DNA of 64,000 nt, taken from the NCBI GenBank assembly GCA_001643675.2, contig LSRY02000052.1, forward strand, positions 248,001 to 312,000, written 5' to 3'. This document shows, in pieces, positions 23,514 through 35,777 of this stretch. Made by a program: the position numbers and the translations under genes. Position 1 is the first letter of the stretch; every line of letters starts with the position of its first letter. The notes beneath the pieces were generated by a model. That model searched no databases. It was not told where the DNA came from and saw only the letters and a list, made by a program, of their open reading frames with translations. Origin of the DNA: Monocercomonoides exilis PA203 (Eukaryota > Protista > Preaxostyla).

Positions 23514-26500
23514 ATGAACATTGACTTTCATGACTCAACAGGAAGATATCCATGGGTTACTACCATTCCTGTTTTGAAAGAAGTTGGATATGGTTGTAGA
23601 CGTCAAGCAGTTGCACTTTTTACATTTGATTTTGATACGCGTGCCAAAGTTATATTTAATATCACATCCACTCAAACAATCTCTCAAACAAGAGACCTTC
23701 TTTTCGTTAATGCTGAAAAAAAAGGAATTTACCCGCCCCAATCTCGCTCTATGTACTTTTTTCGCTTTGTGTCTACACAGGAAGTTTTACCAAATACAGA
23801 CTTACCGGACTCACCAGCATCATCAACTTTAATGAGCTCATTTGAGCCAGTGAGAAAAGCATTGATTGTTGGGACTCCGATAAAGATTGAAGTTATTCAC
23901 GAATCGAGGGTGCTTGAAAATCACCTTTCATCAGCGATTAAAAGGACTCGTGGACAAACCGAGAATCAGAATTCTCCTGATCAAGAAAAACAAAAAACAA
24001 AAAGTGATGATGATGACATTTCAAAATCGTTGAAACCTTTAACTGCATCTCAATTTTTCTGTGGAATTGATCTTTTAAGGCTTGAGGGACAGTACACTCC
24101 AGAACGAGTGAAAGCACTTCAAGAGATGGAAGCTGATATCCTTAGTGTGGATCCTAAACTAAATGTTGGTCAAAGCCAAGAGATACAGCATTTTCGCGAA
24201 GCTATGGCCAGACTGAGGCACGATGAAGGAATGCCTGTTGCAAGGCTTTCTGAAGAATATCTTGAAAGAGGATTCAAATTTGACCTTCCAGAACAAAAAC
24301 GCATTTGTGAGCCAACTTGCCTTTCTGTTCTTCCGAGCGAGCTACCGATGACCTTCACAGTCCACATCCGTCTTTTAGATGGTGTTTCACTCAAACCGCT
24401 TCTGATATCCAAGCACCACACTGTACGAAAGACCATCGAGCAGCTTATGGTTCTGTGCACGGGCCCGTCGGGTGTGAGCACAATTGGCCTGCCGCTGGAG
24501 AAGCTGACGCTGAAGCTGATGGGCAAAGGGCACTACTACCTGCCGTACGAGCTCGTAAGTGCAAAGCCGGCGGTGCGGCAGATGCTGATGGCAGACCCTC
24601 CGCAGCGAGTGGAGCTGTCTCTGGTAGAGCTCTCTGCCGTGCTGGAACAGGATGCGCTGTCTGTCGTAGACCACGCGCTGCGTGCGCTAGACACGTTTGT
24701 CCCTCCGCAGGCCCCGCGTCTGCCGCACATTCCGTTCTCAACTGTTGCTGATGTGTGTGCCGAGTCGTCCACGCCATACATCTCATCGTGGTCGGCCAAT
24801 GTGAACTTCGCTGTGGAAGTTGTCGGCGTTGATGGGCTGAGCACTGCCTGGTCAGAGCGGCTCAGGGAGATCGCAGCTGGGGCACACCTCGATGCAGTCG
24901 ATGCAGGCATTTACGTGTCTGCGTCTGTGTCATTCGGTGGCAGGCGTCTCCATCCTGTCCCGATGCTCTCCCCTCTCATCGGCTGCTCTGAGAATCCCAA
25001 ATTCTCCGCTTCGTTGGGAGCGAACATTCCCATCAGCCAGATCCCGTCCCACGCGCGTCTGTGCTTCACGCTGTGGATCCAGCCACTCAGCCGGCGCAAC
25101 GCTGCAGACACAGCTCGGCTGGGCAAGCTGGCCATCCAATCATCGTCTGACAAGGCCATCGGATGGGTGCCGTGCCCTGTGTTCGACTTCCGGGGCTTTC
25201 TACAGAGCGGCCTGGTGAAGCTGCCGCTGTGGCCAGACAATGAGGCGAACGAGATCGGCACATGCAATGGCAACCTGGGCGATCCTTCAGCCCCGCGGCT
25301 GGTCGTGCGATTTCCAGCGTTTGCTGCGCCTGTGGTATTTCCGCAGGAGCTGAACGACGCTGAAGAGCTGAACGAGCTTCTCCTCACAAAGCGGCCGGCG
25401 TCGGCGGTGCAGTCGCCCTTCCGCGCGTCTGTGGCGTCGTCTACACAGAGGCCGATGTCTGTGATGCTTCCTGCGCTTTCACAGAGCTCCTCGTCTCCTC
25501 ATTTGCCTTCTGTCTCTGTCGCTCATCCGCCAGCACTCCGCCCAGCCTCCACTCGTCTGTTCTCCTCGCCGTTTATGAAGATGCAGCAGAAGAGCGATTC
25601 GAGCAGCTCACTGCAAAAACAAGGAACATTACCATCATCTACCCATTTGGCGTCTAATCAGACTGCAGGAGCTGATGGAGTGAAGCGTGTTCCATCATCA
25701 TCGTCACTTCAGATGGGTTCATTGGACAGCCCAAAGCCAGAAAAGACAGACGAAGCCGAGCGAAGAGGAAGCAAATCGAGCAGACAGGATGACTCGGACT
25801 CTGAAGACGATGTGACTGGCATTGTGTTGGAAGAAGAACTCACTGAGGCAGCACAAAAAGCTCACAGAGAACAGGAGACTGTGCTGAGAAAGGCATCAGA
25901 GGCAGCGATTGCGAAGTACCCCCAGTTCTGCCGGCCTTCTCCAGTCAATCCTCTAAAGATGCAAAATCCTCAACTGCAGTTCTGCAACCAGCCATTTCCC
26001 GTTGCCCTGCCACGTCCGCTGTCAATCACCCACCACATCCACACAGCTGCTGCCGACGCACTTGCAAAGAAGAAGCAGCGGCTGGAGCCAGCGGGGCAGG
26101 TGGACATCGATTTTTCTGTGCCTCTTTTCCCTCTCTATCGCCAGTCTTCTGCTTCTTCTGCCATTTCACCTTCGCTCTCCTCTGCCTCTGTTGTCTCCTC
26201 CTCCATTTCAGACTCACCTCCGACCTCTGCTTTTGCCTCAGCTTCAGCCTCATCTTCTTCCACTTCTACTCTTCCACCGCTCTCTGCTGCTGTATCCTCA
26301 GCGGGCATTCCTCTCAATGCCCCCACATCTTATTGTGCTGCCATCGACCCTCGTCTCGTTGCTTCTGTTCCACTCCCATCCACATCTGAATGGAAGACGA
26401 TTGTCGACATCCTTCACAGAGACCTTCTCCTTCCAATAGACAAAGCAGAGGCCACTCTTTTGCTCAGGCACAGATATGCCCTTGTGGGTATCCCTGCTGC

Positions 26501-28087
26501 ACTGCCGAAGTATCTGCGGTGTTTGTGGTGGCAGAACCGCTCGCAAGTGATTGAGGCGCACTATCTGCTAAGACGGTGGGCTCCGATGAACCCAGCCGAT
26601 GCGCTGGAGCTGCTGGACGCAAAGTTTGCGGATCCGATGGTGAGGGCAAAAGCAGTGGAGTGGATTGATGCGATGAGCGATGAAGACCTGGAGCCGTTCT
26701 TGTTGCAGCTGGTGCAGGTGCTGAAGAACGAGCCCTTCCATGACTCAGCCCTGGCAAGGCTGCTGGTGAAGAGGGCGTGGAATGCACCAAACAGCCTGGG
26801 CCATGCGCTTGTGTGGCATCTGAAGGCAGAGCTGCACAATGCATACATCAGAGAGAGGTACGGGCTGATGGTTGGGGAGTATCTGAAAGGGTGTGGGAAG
26901 CACAGGGATCTTGTGGTTGGTGAAGCGACGCTGCTGACGCAGTTGGTGGGGCTGGCGCAGCGGATGCAGAAGGTGAAGCGGAACAGAGACGAAGAGAAAG
27001 CAGCGCTGCAGAAGGAGCTGGAGGAGATGCCGAAGGGGCAGCGGTGGATACTGCCGCTGGCGCCGGACTTTGAGGTCGGGTCGTTTGTAAAGGAGAAGTG
27101 CAGAGTGATGGACTCGAAGAAGAAGCCGCTGTGGCTGACGTTTGCGAACTGGGAGCGGAACCAGGGCAATTTGATGGTGCTGTTCAAAGTAGGGGACGAT
27201 ATCAGACAAGACCAGCTGACGCTGCAGGTGTTCCGAGTGATGGACATGCTGTGGAAGAGAGAAGGGCTCGACTTGTGCCTGTCGATCTATGGTGCACAGA
27301 CGACTGGGGATAACGAAGGGTTTATAGAGGCTGTGCGGGAGTCAGAGACGATAGCGCACATCACGAAGGATGCGGGAGGGGCGAACAAGGCGTGGTCGAA
27401 GGACTACATGGTGGACTGGCTGCTTGCGCAGTGCGGAGGGGACTCAGCGTTGTTTGAGAAGGCGCGGGTGAACTTTGCGTATTCGTGTGCAGGGTATTGT
27501 GTGGCGACGCATGTGCTGGGGATAGGAGACAGACACAACGACAACCTCATGTGCCGTACAGATGGAAGGATGTTCCACATTGACTTTGGGCATTTCCTGG
27601 GCAACTTTAAGAAGAAGTTCGGGATTCAGAGAGAGAAAGCGCCATTTGTGTTCACACCAGCATTCGCTTTCGTGCTGGGCGACCCAGGAAGCCCCACGTA
27701 CCATCTCTTCCAGGACTTGTGTGTAAGGGCTTTTAACATTCTGAGGAAGAACTCGAATCTGCTGATGAACTTGTTTATGCTGGTTTGGAAATTGATTTAT
27801 AGTATTTTTTTTTTATTTTGATTAATAAAATATTTATTCTTTCACAATTGTGATGTTCAATATGTCTTGTTGAAATTATTTTTAAACTAATGTATTTGTT
27901 TTATTAGATGCTTTCAACTGGTATTCCGGAGCTGACTAAAGACAGCGATATCTTGTGGATAGAGAAAAAACTTGTGCTTAACAAAACTGAAGACGAAGCT
28001 GCGATACACATGAAAAAATTGATAGAGAAAGCCAGAACATGCAAATGGACTCAGCTTAATGAATGGATACATATTAAAGCACATTGA
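23514..28087 (+). CDS. Class I phosphatidylinositol 3-kinase catalytic subunit (RBD-like, C2, helical, kinase)
   Basis: MDSKKKPLWL; FKVGDDIRQDQLTLQ; LGIGDRHNDN; HIDFGHFLGN; helical ALELLDAKFADPMVR. The last exon 27908-28087 ends WIHIKAH*. Confidence 0.92.
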
Positions 28088-28439
28088 ACAATATTCAACA
28101 ATCAAAGTGTTGAATTTTCTCTCATTTTTCATTTTAAATTATTGTTTTGATGTGAATTATTTATTCAAGAATTCTGATTTTTTTTGTTAATTTTTTGATA
28201 ATTTTATTTTTAATGAAATGTATTGTTTAATGATCTTGATTTAACAGTGTGCGTCCTTTTTCACAATAAAGCCTGCTTTTATTTTTATGTTGTCTTTGCT
28301 GCCATTTTGATGAAAGTCTAAATAAAGCGATTTTTGTTTGAACTTCCAACAAAACATGATGTGGTGATGTGGTTTGTTCAGCAGAATGAAATGGGGAAAA
28401 GATTAAAAGTTGGAAAAAAAGTGAGAGAGAGAGAATAAT

Positions 28440-29221
28440 TTAAAGATGAATTCCATATTCTTCCAGTTTGCTCTTGTCAGGGAGAAGCTCTTCTGACCAT
28501 TCTCCTCCTGTTCTAACTTTTTCTGTGAGTTTTTCCAATGTTGACTATGATGGAACAGAATATTAAAAAGTATATAAATTGTAAAGTATCTAAAAATGAA
28601 ACAATTACCTGTAACATGTCTTTGAATTGTTCTGTCATATCATCTATTTTCGATTGAATTTGTTGAATTTGTTTATCTTTTTCTGCTATGATTACATCTT
28701 TTTCAGCAGATGTCTTTTCAAATGACATTTGAAGAAAAACTGAAATTATGAAATCATAAAAAATACAAGGATAGTCATGAAATTTAAAAACAAAATTTAA
28801 GAAAAAAATACCCATTTCATCCTGCAATTGCTGTATTTTTTGCTCAAGCTCATTGTTTTTTGCAATTAAAAATTCTTGCATATCCTTGTATTGTCTAGTC
28901 ATGTCTGCAACAATGTCGCTTCTGTCGCCCTTTTCAGAATCAATTAAATCACTAAATTCTCCAACTCTACTTTCAACTTCACTTTTTGCTCTCACAGCTT
29001 GACGTGTTTGTTCTTTTCGTACGACTTTTTTCCAAAAGAAAATTTTGAGAGCGTTTTATATAATGAAAGAAATTTCAATTTAATAACAAACAAAGTTCTC
29101 TTTCAAGTGCTTCAATTCTCACAGTATTTCTAACTGTTTCTTCTTTAAGACGCTCTTTCTCTTCATCGTTATCTCCTGCTCCTGGTTTCTTTGGTCCTTT
29201 CTTTGCTTTTGGCTTGGACAT
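28440..29221 (-). CDS. CCDC153: Flagellar coiled-coil protein CCDC153/DRC12-like
   Basis: MSKPKAKKGPKK N-terminus; DIVADMTRQYKDMQEFL; KDKQIQQIQSKIDDMTEQFKDML. Three introns. Confidence 0.7.
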
Positions 29222-29687
29222 AAACTGCCAGATGTTAATTACAGGAACTGTTTGATCATTATTTGATCAAGCTTTATTTTAAAATTTCTTTTAACGCTGT
29301 TTAAATTTATAAAAGAAATTGTTTTCGATTTAAAAATTGAAGTCACATTATTATCTGTCTTTGCTGGGGAAGAATTTAATAATTTGTATTTAAAATGAGC
29401 TTTGAAACTTCTGATGAAAAAGCTCGAAATACGTCTGAATTTGCCGTTAATCATTCATCTTTTGGAGAAATACAGGTTAGCATATGAATTTTCAAGATAT
29501 GATTAAAGAGAAATTATATTTTTCAATCTTGATATTTTAGAATTCTCTGAATAACGATTTCGCTCATTCTGATGTTCCAAATAACTTTCAAAATGAAACG
29601 TCCGCATATAACGACGAATCTTATTTTGAAGGATGCGACCAAGAAGAACAAAGCGACCAATTATTTGACGATGATTTGGACATTCAA

Positions 29688-32600
29688 ATGAATGAACCGA
29701 ACATTGACGAAGAAAAGGAAAGTAATTTTCGACGTTTTCAGAAAAAATCTCCATCTTTATTTTCTTCTTCGATAAATAATAATATCTCTCAAACGCAAGA
29801 AATTTGCAATCAACAATTTTCTCCTGATAAATACAATTTTGATGAAACGCCCACTGGTTTGGTGAATATAATTGACTATTGGTTCCACCCAGAGAAATAT
29901 GGTGATTCACGCATTTCCACGATACAAGTTAAAGACAAGGTTAGCGGTAAAATACAAGCTTCAGCTAAGTATAGATTAAGATCTCATTTAGATGGAAAGG
30001 AAAATAAAAAAGAGAGTTTACCTTCTTCAAACAAAGAGAATTCTGAAACAAATTCGAGCAACTCACATAACCTTAGCAGCTTAATTCCAAAAGAAACGTT
30101 CGATCCGCTGCCTTTCTTTTCCAGTCACGAGAGCCGCTTCTCATCACCTTTTGTCTGGGATCCGAGGAGAAATGATGTCAGAATAAATGAGCATATTTCA
30201 GTTCTGAGTCACAAAGCACAGGAGGAAAAAGACAGCGAAAAGGAAGAAAAGGCAATTAAAAAGAAAACAACTAAAGTGCAAGCATCAAATTACAAAGAGC
30301 ATCCATTTCTTCCGCCTCATCTTGTCAAGCAAGTGTCGCATTCAGCTCCTGTTTTGGACGAATTACGAAGGATTTTCTCGAAGATATATTCATTCACGTC
30401 CATCCCAAATGACACAGAAGCGGCTTCTGAAGGGAAAACTGAATCATCCTCAAAGTCTGCCTCTCCGGTGCTGTCGAGGTCTCTATCTTCCACATCTCCT
30501 TCTAACACTTCTCTTCCTTTACCTCTGCAAAAGCCTGCAGAATCAGATAATTCAACTGTGCAATCCTCAAATAGCATGTCTCGCTCCAACTCTTTCTCAC
30601 TGCCTGTCACAAAGCCACAGCCGTCTCCGCCGATTCCTTCAGCGGGCAAAGTTCGAACACAGACGCCTTCTACTCCGCAATCTTCTTTATTTTCTGCTAA
30701 ATTGTTTAAATCTCTGCTCCGCCCGATTTCTTCTTCTTCAAATAAGCAGCCAGCTCCAGCGCCTTTGCAAACACCAGTGAAACAAAACGCGATCTCTTCC
30801 TCATCCTCGTCTTCTTCTTCTTCTCAGTCGTCTTCCTCTTCAAAATCTCGCCCACTCGTTTCGTCTGCTGAGCTTCTCCTCCATCAATATGCCTCCACAG
30901 TAAAGTTTCAGTCAGCCTCTCATCCATTCAAAGGCAGCACACAATCAGTACACATCACCAAGGAAGATGCAGAAGCAGAGCAAAGACGGAAAGAAGCAGA
31001 GGAAGAAGAGCAAAAAAGAGTGTTTCTGATGACAAAAGAGCTGGAACGGAACAAGAAGCGTGCGCTGAAGCAAGTGATGGCGTTGAATCTGCCGTGTGAG
31101 TCAGTTCGATTTAAGATGACATTTGAGCGTTTGGAGGACTTGAAGAGTGCATTTGATGCATTCAACAAGGAAAGGATGAGGATGAGAGCGAATAGCAAGG
31201 AAGAGAAGGAAACGGAAGAGGAAGAAGGGGAAGAAGAAGAAGAAAGTGAAGAGATGGAGGAGAATGAAGAGTTTGAAGAAGAAGAGGAGGAAGATGATGA
31301 TAATGATTATGAAAGTGTTGATGAGAATGAAAGCGAAGAAGAAGAAGAAGAGGAATTTAACTTTGAGAAGTCAGAGTCAGATGAGAAAGAGGAGGAAGAT
31401 GATGAGGATAATGAAATAGATGAATTCAAAGAGGAGGAAGAAGAGGAAGAAGAGGAGGAAGAGGAGGAAGATGATGAAGAATACGAAGAATATGAGGAGT
31501 ATGAGGAGTATGAGGAGGAAGAAGAAGAATTGAAGAAAAAGGAAGATGAGAATAAATTGAAGCTGGAAGAAGAAGAGGAAAAGAGGAAGAAAGAGGAAGA
31601 AGAAAGAATCAAAAAGGAAGAAGAAGAGAGGAAGAGAAGAGAGGAAGAGGAAATGAAGAAGAGGGAAGAAGAGGAAAGAAAGAGAAAGGAGGAAGAGGAG
31701 AGGGAAAGGAAAGAGGAGGAAGAAAGAAAGAAAAAAGAAGAAGAACGATTAAGAAAAGAAGAGGAAGAGAGGAAGAGGAAAGAAGAGGAAGAAAAGAGGA
31801 GAAAAGAGGAGGAGGAGAGAATTAAAAGAGAAGAAGAAGAGAGAAGGAAGAAAAAAGAAGAAGAGATGAAGAAATTGCAAATGAATTTGAGAGAAAAAGA
31901 AAAAGAAATTGAAGAAATGAAGAAGAAAGAGAAAGAAAAGAGAGAAGAAGAGGAAAGAAAAGAGAAAGAGAAAGAGAAAGAAAGAAAAGAGATGATGAAG
32001 ATGATGAATGAGAAAGAAAGAGAAAAGAAAGAGAAAGAAGATGAATTGAAAAAATTGGAGAAAGAATTAAAGAAAGAGAAGGAAGAGAAAGAGAAGAAGA
32101 TGAAAGAAATGAAAGAGAAAGAAGAAGAAATAAAAGAAATGAAGAGAAAAATGAGAGAGAAAGAAGAAGAGAAAGAAAGAATAATGAAGAGTATGAAGGA
32201 AGAAGAAGAAAGAATAAGAAGAGAAGTTGAAGCAAAACTTCGAAAAGAATTTGAAGAAAGATTGAAAAAAGAAGAGGAAGAGAAGAGGAAGAAAGAAGAG
32301 GAAGAGCACATCAGAAGAGAAGAAGAAGAGAGAAAGAGAAAAGAAGAAGAAGAAGAAAAGATTAAAAGAATAAAGGAAGAGAGAAAGAGGAAGGAAGAAG
32401 AAGAGCGAAAGAAGAGAGAAGAAGAGGAAATGTTGAAAAGGGAAAGGGAAGAACGAATTATAAAAGAAGAGGAGGAAAGAAAAAGAAGAGAAGAGGAGAG
32501 GAAGAAGAGAGAATTGGAAGAGAGAATCAAAAAGGAGAAAGAAGAAAGATTGAGACGAGAAGAAGAAGAAAGAATTAGAAAAGAAGAGGAAAGGAAACGA

Positions 32601-34115
32601 ATGGAGGAAGAAGAGAGGAAAAAGAAAGAAAAAGAAGAACGAATGAGAAAAGCAGAGGAAGAAAGGAAAAAGAAAGTGGAGGAGGAGCGCTTAAGGAAAG
32701 AAGAGGCAGAAAAGAAAAGGAAGGAAGAAGAAGAACGATTGAGAAAAGAAGAGGTTGAGCGAATTTGGAAAGAGAAAGAAGAGAGAAAGAGAAAAGAGGA
32801 AGAAGAAAGAAAATGCAAAGAAGAGGAAGAAAGATTAAGAAGGAAGGAAGAGGAGGAAAGGAAAAAGAAAGAAGAAGAAGAAGAAAGATTGAAAAGAGAA
32901 GAAGAAGAGGAAGAGGAAGAAAATTGGTTGGAAGAAGAAGAAGAAAGTCTGGAAATATCAGATGTGATGAAAGAGGAAAAAGAGGACGGAAAGTTAACAG
33001 TAGATGAGTCCGTAGAGAAGAAGAATGAAATAGAAACAACAGAATTGAGTGATGATGATTTCTTTGATGAATCCGATGAAGAAGAAATAAATGAAAACCG
33101 AGAAGAAGCAGAAGCAGTGGCAAATGCAGTGAATGAAGAAGCAGTGGCAGAAGAGGAAGAAAAAGAAAAAGAAGAAGAAGGGAAAGGTTTTAAAGAAGCA
33201 GAAGAGATGAAAGCAGAAGGAAACAAAGAAGAAGAAGTGATGAAAGAAGAAAAAGAGATGGAAGAACTAAGTGATGATGACTTTTTCGATGATACAGACG
33301 AAGAAGAAATGGCAGAGAACAAAGGAGAGAATGAGATTGCAGAGAAGAATGATGACTTTGAACTTATTGAGAAAGAAGAAGGTTATCAAAAAGAAGAAAA
33401 AGAGCTTTTCGAAACAATGGAAGGAACAATGGAAAGAAATTCGGTAGAATTGAAAGAAGAAGCACACGAAGTGGAGGAAGGGAGATCAAATGCAGAAGAA
33501 TCGGAGAACAAAAAAGAGAATGAAATTGAAAGAGCTGCAGAACATCCTATTGAAGATGAAGGTGCACAAAGTAGAGAAGCAGATATTTCTGTTTATCAAA
33601 TGCTTTCTATGCAAGCAAAAGATGCTCAGCAATCTGATGAAAGCATAAGTGAGTCAAATCCTCAGAGCATAGAATTTAATGAGCAAGTTAATTCTGCATT
33701 CCAACAACAAAAGCAACAACAACAACAACAAGTAGAACTTCAGCCAAAGAACATCATTCCTCCAGTGAAAAAAGAGGAGCTTGCATCTGACAGTGACGGT
33801 GACAATGACAATGACAGTGATAGTGACTCGTCTTTGTTTGAAGGATTGTCAAGCGATGAAAGTGTGGGTGAGAAAGCAGATAATGACAAAGATCCATTTG
33901 ATGATGAGGCGGAGAAAAAGGAAGAAGAAAAGAGAAAAGAGATTAAAAATATTGTAAGGATGATGAAAGAATTAGAAAAAATAAAACAACAAAAAGAAGA
34001 AGAAGTTGAACTTGAAGATTACAAGGCAGATGAATTGGATGAAAGCAGCGATGACCCATTTGATGATGATTATAAGCCAAGAAATTCAAGAAGATCCACA
34101 TTCGGTTGGTTGTGA
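29688..34115 (+). CDS. Large low-complexity protein with extensive ER/K (single-alpha-helix-like) tract and acidic tail
   Basis: ~1475-aa uninterrupted ORF with EEEERKRKEEEE repeats at ~31550-32900. Confidence 0.8.
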   Translation: MNEPNIDEEKESNFRRFQKKSPSLFSSSINNNISQTQEICNQQFSPDKYNFDETPTGLVNIIDYWFHPEKYGDSRISTIQVKDKVSGKIQASAKYRLRSHLDGKENKKESLPSSNKENSETNSSNSHNLSSLIPKETFDPLPFFSSHESRFSSPFVWDPRRNDVRINEHISVLSHKAQEEKDSEKEEKAIKKKTTKVQASNYKEHPFLPPHLVKQVSHSAPVLDELRRIFSKIYSFTSIPNDTEAASEGKTESSSKSASPVLSRSLSSTSPSNTSLPLPLQKPAESDNSTVQSSNSMSRSNSFSLPVTKPQPSPPIPSAGKVRTQTPSTPQSSLFSAKLFKSLLRPISSSSNKQPAPAPLQTPVKQNAISSSSSSSSSSQSSSSSKSRPLVSSAELLLHQYASTVKFQSASHPFKGSTQSVHITKEDAEAEQRRKEAEEEEQKRVFLMTKELERNKKRALKQVMALNLPCESVRFKMTFERLEDLKSAFDAFNKERMRMRANSKEEKETEEEEGEEEEESEEMEENEEFEEEEEEDDDNDYESVDENESEEEEEEEFNFEKSESDEKEEEDDEDNEIDEFKEEEEEEEEEEEEEDDEEYEEYEEYEEYEEEEEELKKKEDENKLKLEEEEEKRKKEEEERIKKEEEERKRREEEEMKKREEEERKRKEEEERERKEEEERKKKEEERLRKEEEERKRKEEEEKRRKEEEERIKREEEERRKKKEEEMKKLQMNLREKEKEIEEMKKKEKEKREEEERKEKEKEKERKEMMKMMNEKEREKKEKEDELKKLEKELKKEKEEKEKKMKEMKEKEEEIKEMKRKMREKEEEKERIMKSMKEEEERIRREVEAKLRKEFEERLKKEEEEKRKKEEEEHIRREEEERKRKEEEEEKIKRIKEERKRKEEEERKKREEEEMLKREREERIIKEEEERKRREEERKKRELEERIKKEKEERLRREEEERIRKEEERKRMEEEERKKKEKEERMRKAEEERKKKVEEERLRKEEAEKKRKEEEERLRKEEVERIWKEKEERKRKEEEERKCKEEEERLRRKEEEERKKKEEEEERLKREEEEEEEENWLEEEEESLEISDVMKEEKEDGKLTVDESVEKKNEIETTELSDDDFFDESDEEEINENREEAEAVANAVNEEAVAEEEEKEKEEEGKGFKEAEEMKAEGNKEEEVMKEEKEMEELSDDDFFDDTDEEEMAENKGENEIAEKNDDFELIEKEEGYQKEEKELFETMEGTMERNSVELKEEAHEVEEGRSNAEESENKKENEIERAAEHPIEDEGAQSREADISVYQMLSMQAKDAQQSDESISESNPQSIEFNEQVNSAFQQQKQQQQQQVELQPKNIIPPVKKEELASDSDGDNDNDSDSDSSLFEGLSSDESVGEKADNDKDPFDDEAEKKEEEKRKEIKNIVRMMKELEKIKQQKEEEVELEDYKADELDESSDDPFDDDYKPRNSRRSTFGWL

Positions 34116-34364
34116 AAGGAGGGGTAAAAAAAAGAAAAGAAATTATAAAGAAGAAGACGGAAACAAATACCAAATGAAGAACTTGTTAAAAGGAATGTAC
34201 GAGAAGAAAGAATGCATTTATTCAGTGGAGGAATCGTGAAGTGATAGCAACAAATAAAAACGTAAAAAAGATAAACACAAAATCTAACATAAGAGAAATG
34301 CAATGCAAAAATAAAAATTTAAAAATTAATGTTTTTGATGATAATTGAATTCGAAAGAAGCAAT

Positions 34365-35777
34365 TTACGGAAGAAGTGTGAAAAGCGGTTCTTTGCTTTT
34401 TTCCTGAACGTTCTTCACCAGCTTCAGCGATGCCTGGGATGTGATTCGCTCGCAAAAGTCCTTTTGGACAAAGAAGCCATATGTTCTGAATGGAAAGAGA
34501 AGGATGATAGAAAGATAAATAAAGGATTGAAATTTTAAAAAGAAAAAGAAATCGTTTATAAGAAAGTCAAAATAACAATAGCAATAAATAATGAAGACAT
34601 TAAGGAATGAACGAAGAAAAAGGAGAAACAGAAGCAAACGAAATGGGTTGTGGTGCTTTTTCTTTATCAGACTCAGTCAAATCAGAGTGGATTATAATCT
34701 GCGAAGAAGAAGATCCTGATTGTTCCTCGTCGCTCTCTTCATCTGCAGGAAATGTGAGATTCAGCGGTTGTTTTGAAACGAGAAACGGGACGATATCAAA
34801 GGAAATGCTTCCAAAGGACATGTCAGTTTGAGCTGCAATGAATGGCATGATTTTTGTGGACATTATGAAAACCATCATTGCTTCCAATGATGTTGACAGT
34901 TGAATGCATGGAAATCTAATTAAAATGAGGATATAAATGAAACAATATTAGTTCCATAAAAAACGCAAGAAAGAAGTCAAACTCTAACAGAACTTCATCT
35001 GGAATTGAGTACTGTGAGCTCTCAGGCAGCCACACAACAAGTCGTGATGAATCTTCGCAAAATCCAATTAAATTCTAAAGCAATCACAATATGAAATGTG
35101 TAATTTTAGAAATCGTTGAAAGCAGCTAAGAAATAGAAATCGCAAACAGCAATTGCATCTTTTGATACTCCTTTTTCGCCTCTATCTTTCAAAACAACTG
35201 TGCAAGCAGCCTTTCTTGCCTTATGCATATCAACAAGCCTAAACAAAGGAAAGTTGAAAGCAACATTTCCTTCTATTACAATAAAGTCAGTCTTAATCAG
35301 ATGAATTTCAATTTAGAAAAAAGAAGCCTAGAGCAGAAAAAATTCAAACAGTTAATAAGGGAGCAATGCTCTGAAGCATGGAAGCTGATTTCTGTGAAAC
35401 ATCATGCGAAACTGAACTAAATCTTATTTTTGTCAACTTGAAAAATTCTTTAGCATTTTCTTGTGCTACTTTGACACATTTTTGAACATCTTCGTCTCCT
35501 TCTTCATATACAATTATAAAATCTTATTTTTTAAAAAGAATGTGCAAGAAATTTTGCCGTCAATACGACTATATGAATGTTGAAAATTGTCTTTGTTTTA
35601 CAAACCTGAAAAGCCAGATTTTACTCCATTCACAATTTGGTGGATGAGAAGTGGCTGTCCTTTTATTTCAATGAGAGAAGGAAGTATTTGTATATCTGTG
35701 TCACGCCCTAAACCACTTTTTGTTGCTAAAATGACAACAAGGAATTCTTGGGGAGGTGTTGATCTTTTTTCTTCCAT
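34365..35777 (-). CDS. eIF2B gamma subunit-like (pyrophosphorylase-like domain only), multi-exon
   Basis: QEFLVVILATKSG...LIEIKGQPLLIHQI...GFSDFIIV (cf. EFQAVVMAVGGG...LLPVGNKPLIWYPL); ISFDIVPFLVSKQ (cf. IRSELIPYLVRKQ); RTYGFFVQKDFCERIT (cf. RCYVHIMKEGLCSRVST). Middle exon boundaries not fully resolved. Confidence 0.65.

Noticed and set aside
31307-33322. 671-aa Ser/Phe ORF on the - strand
   Set aside because: Antisense shadow of the GAA/AAG-rich ER/K gene.
34600-35460. Initial impression of a 9-1-1 clamp (Hus1-like) gene
   Set aside because: Upstream and downstream exons match eIF2B-gamma motifs better.
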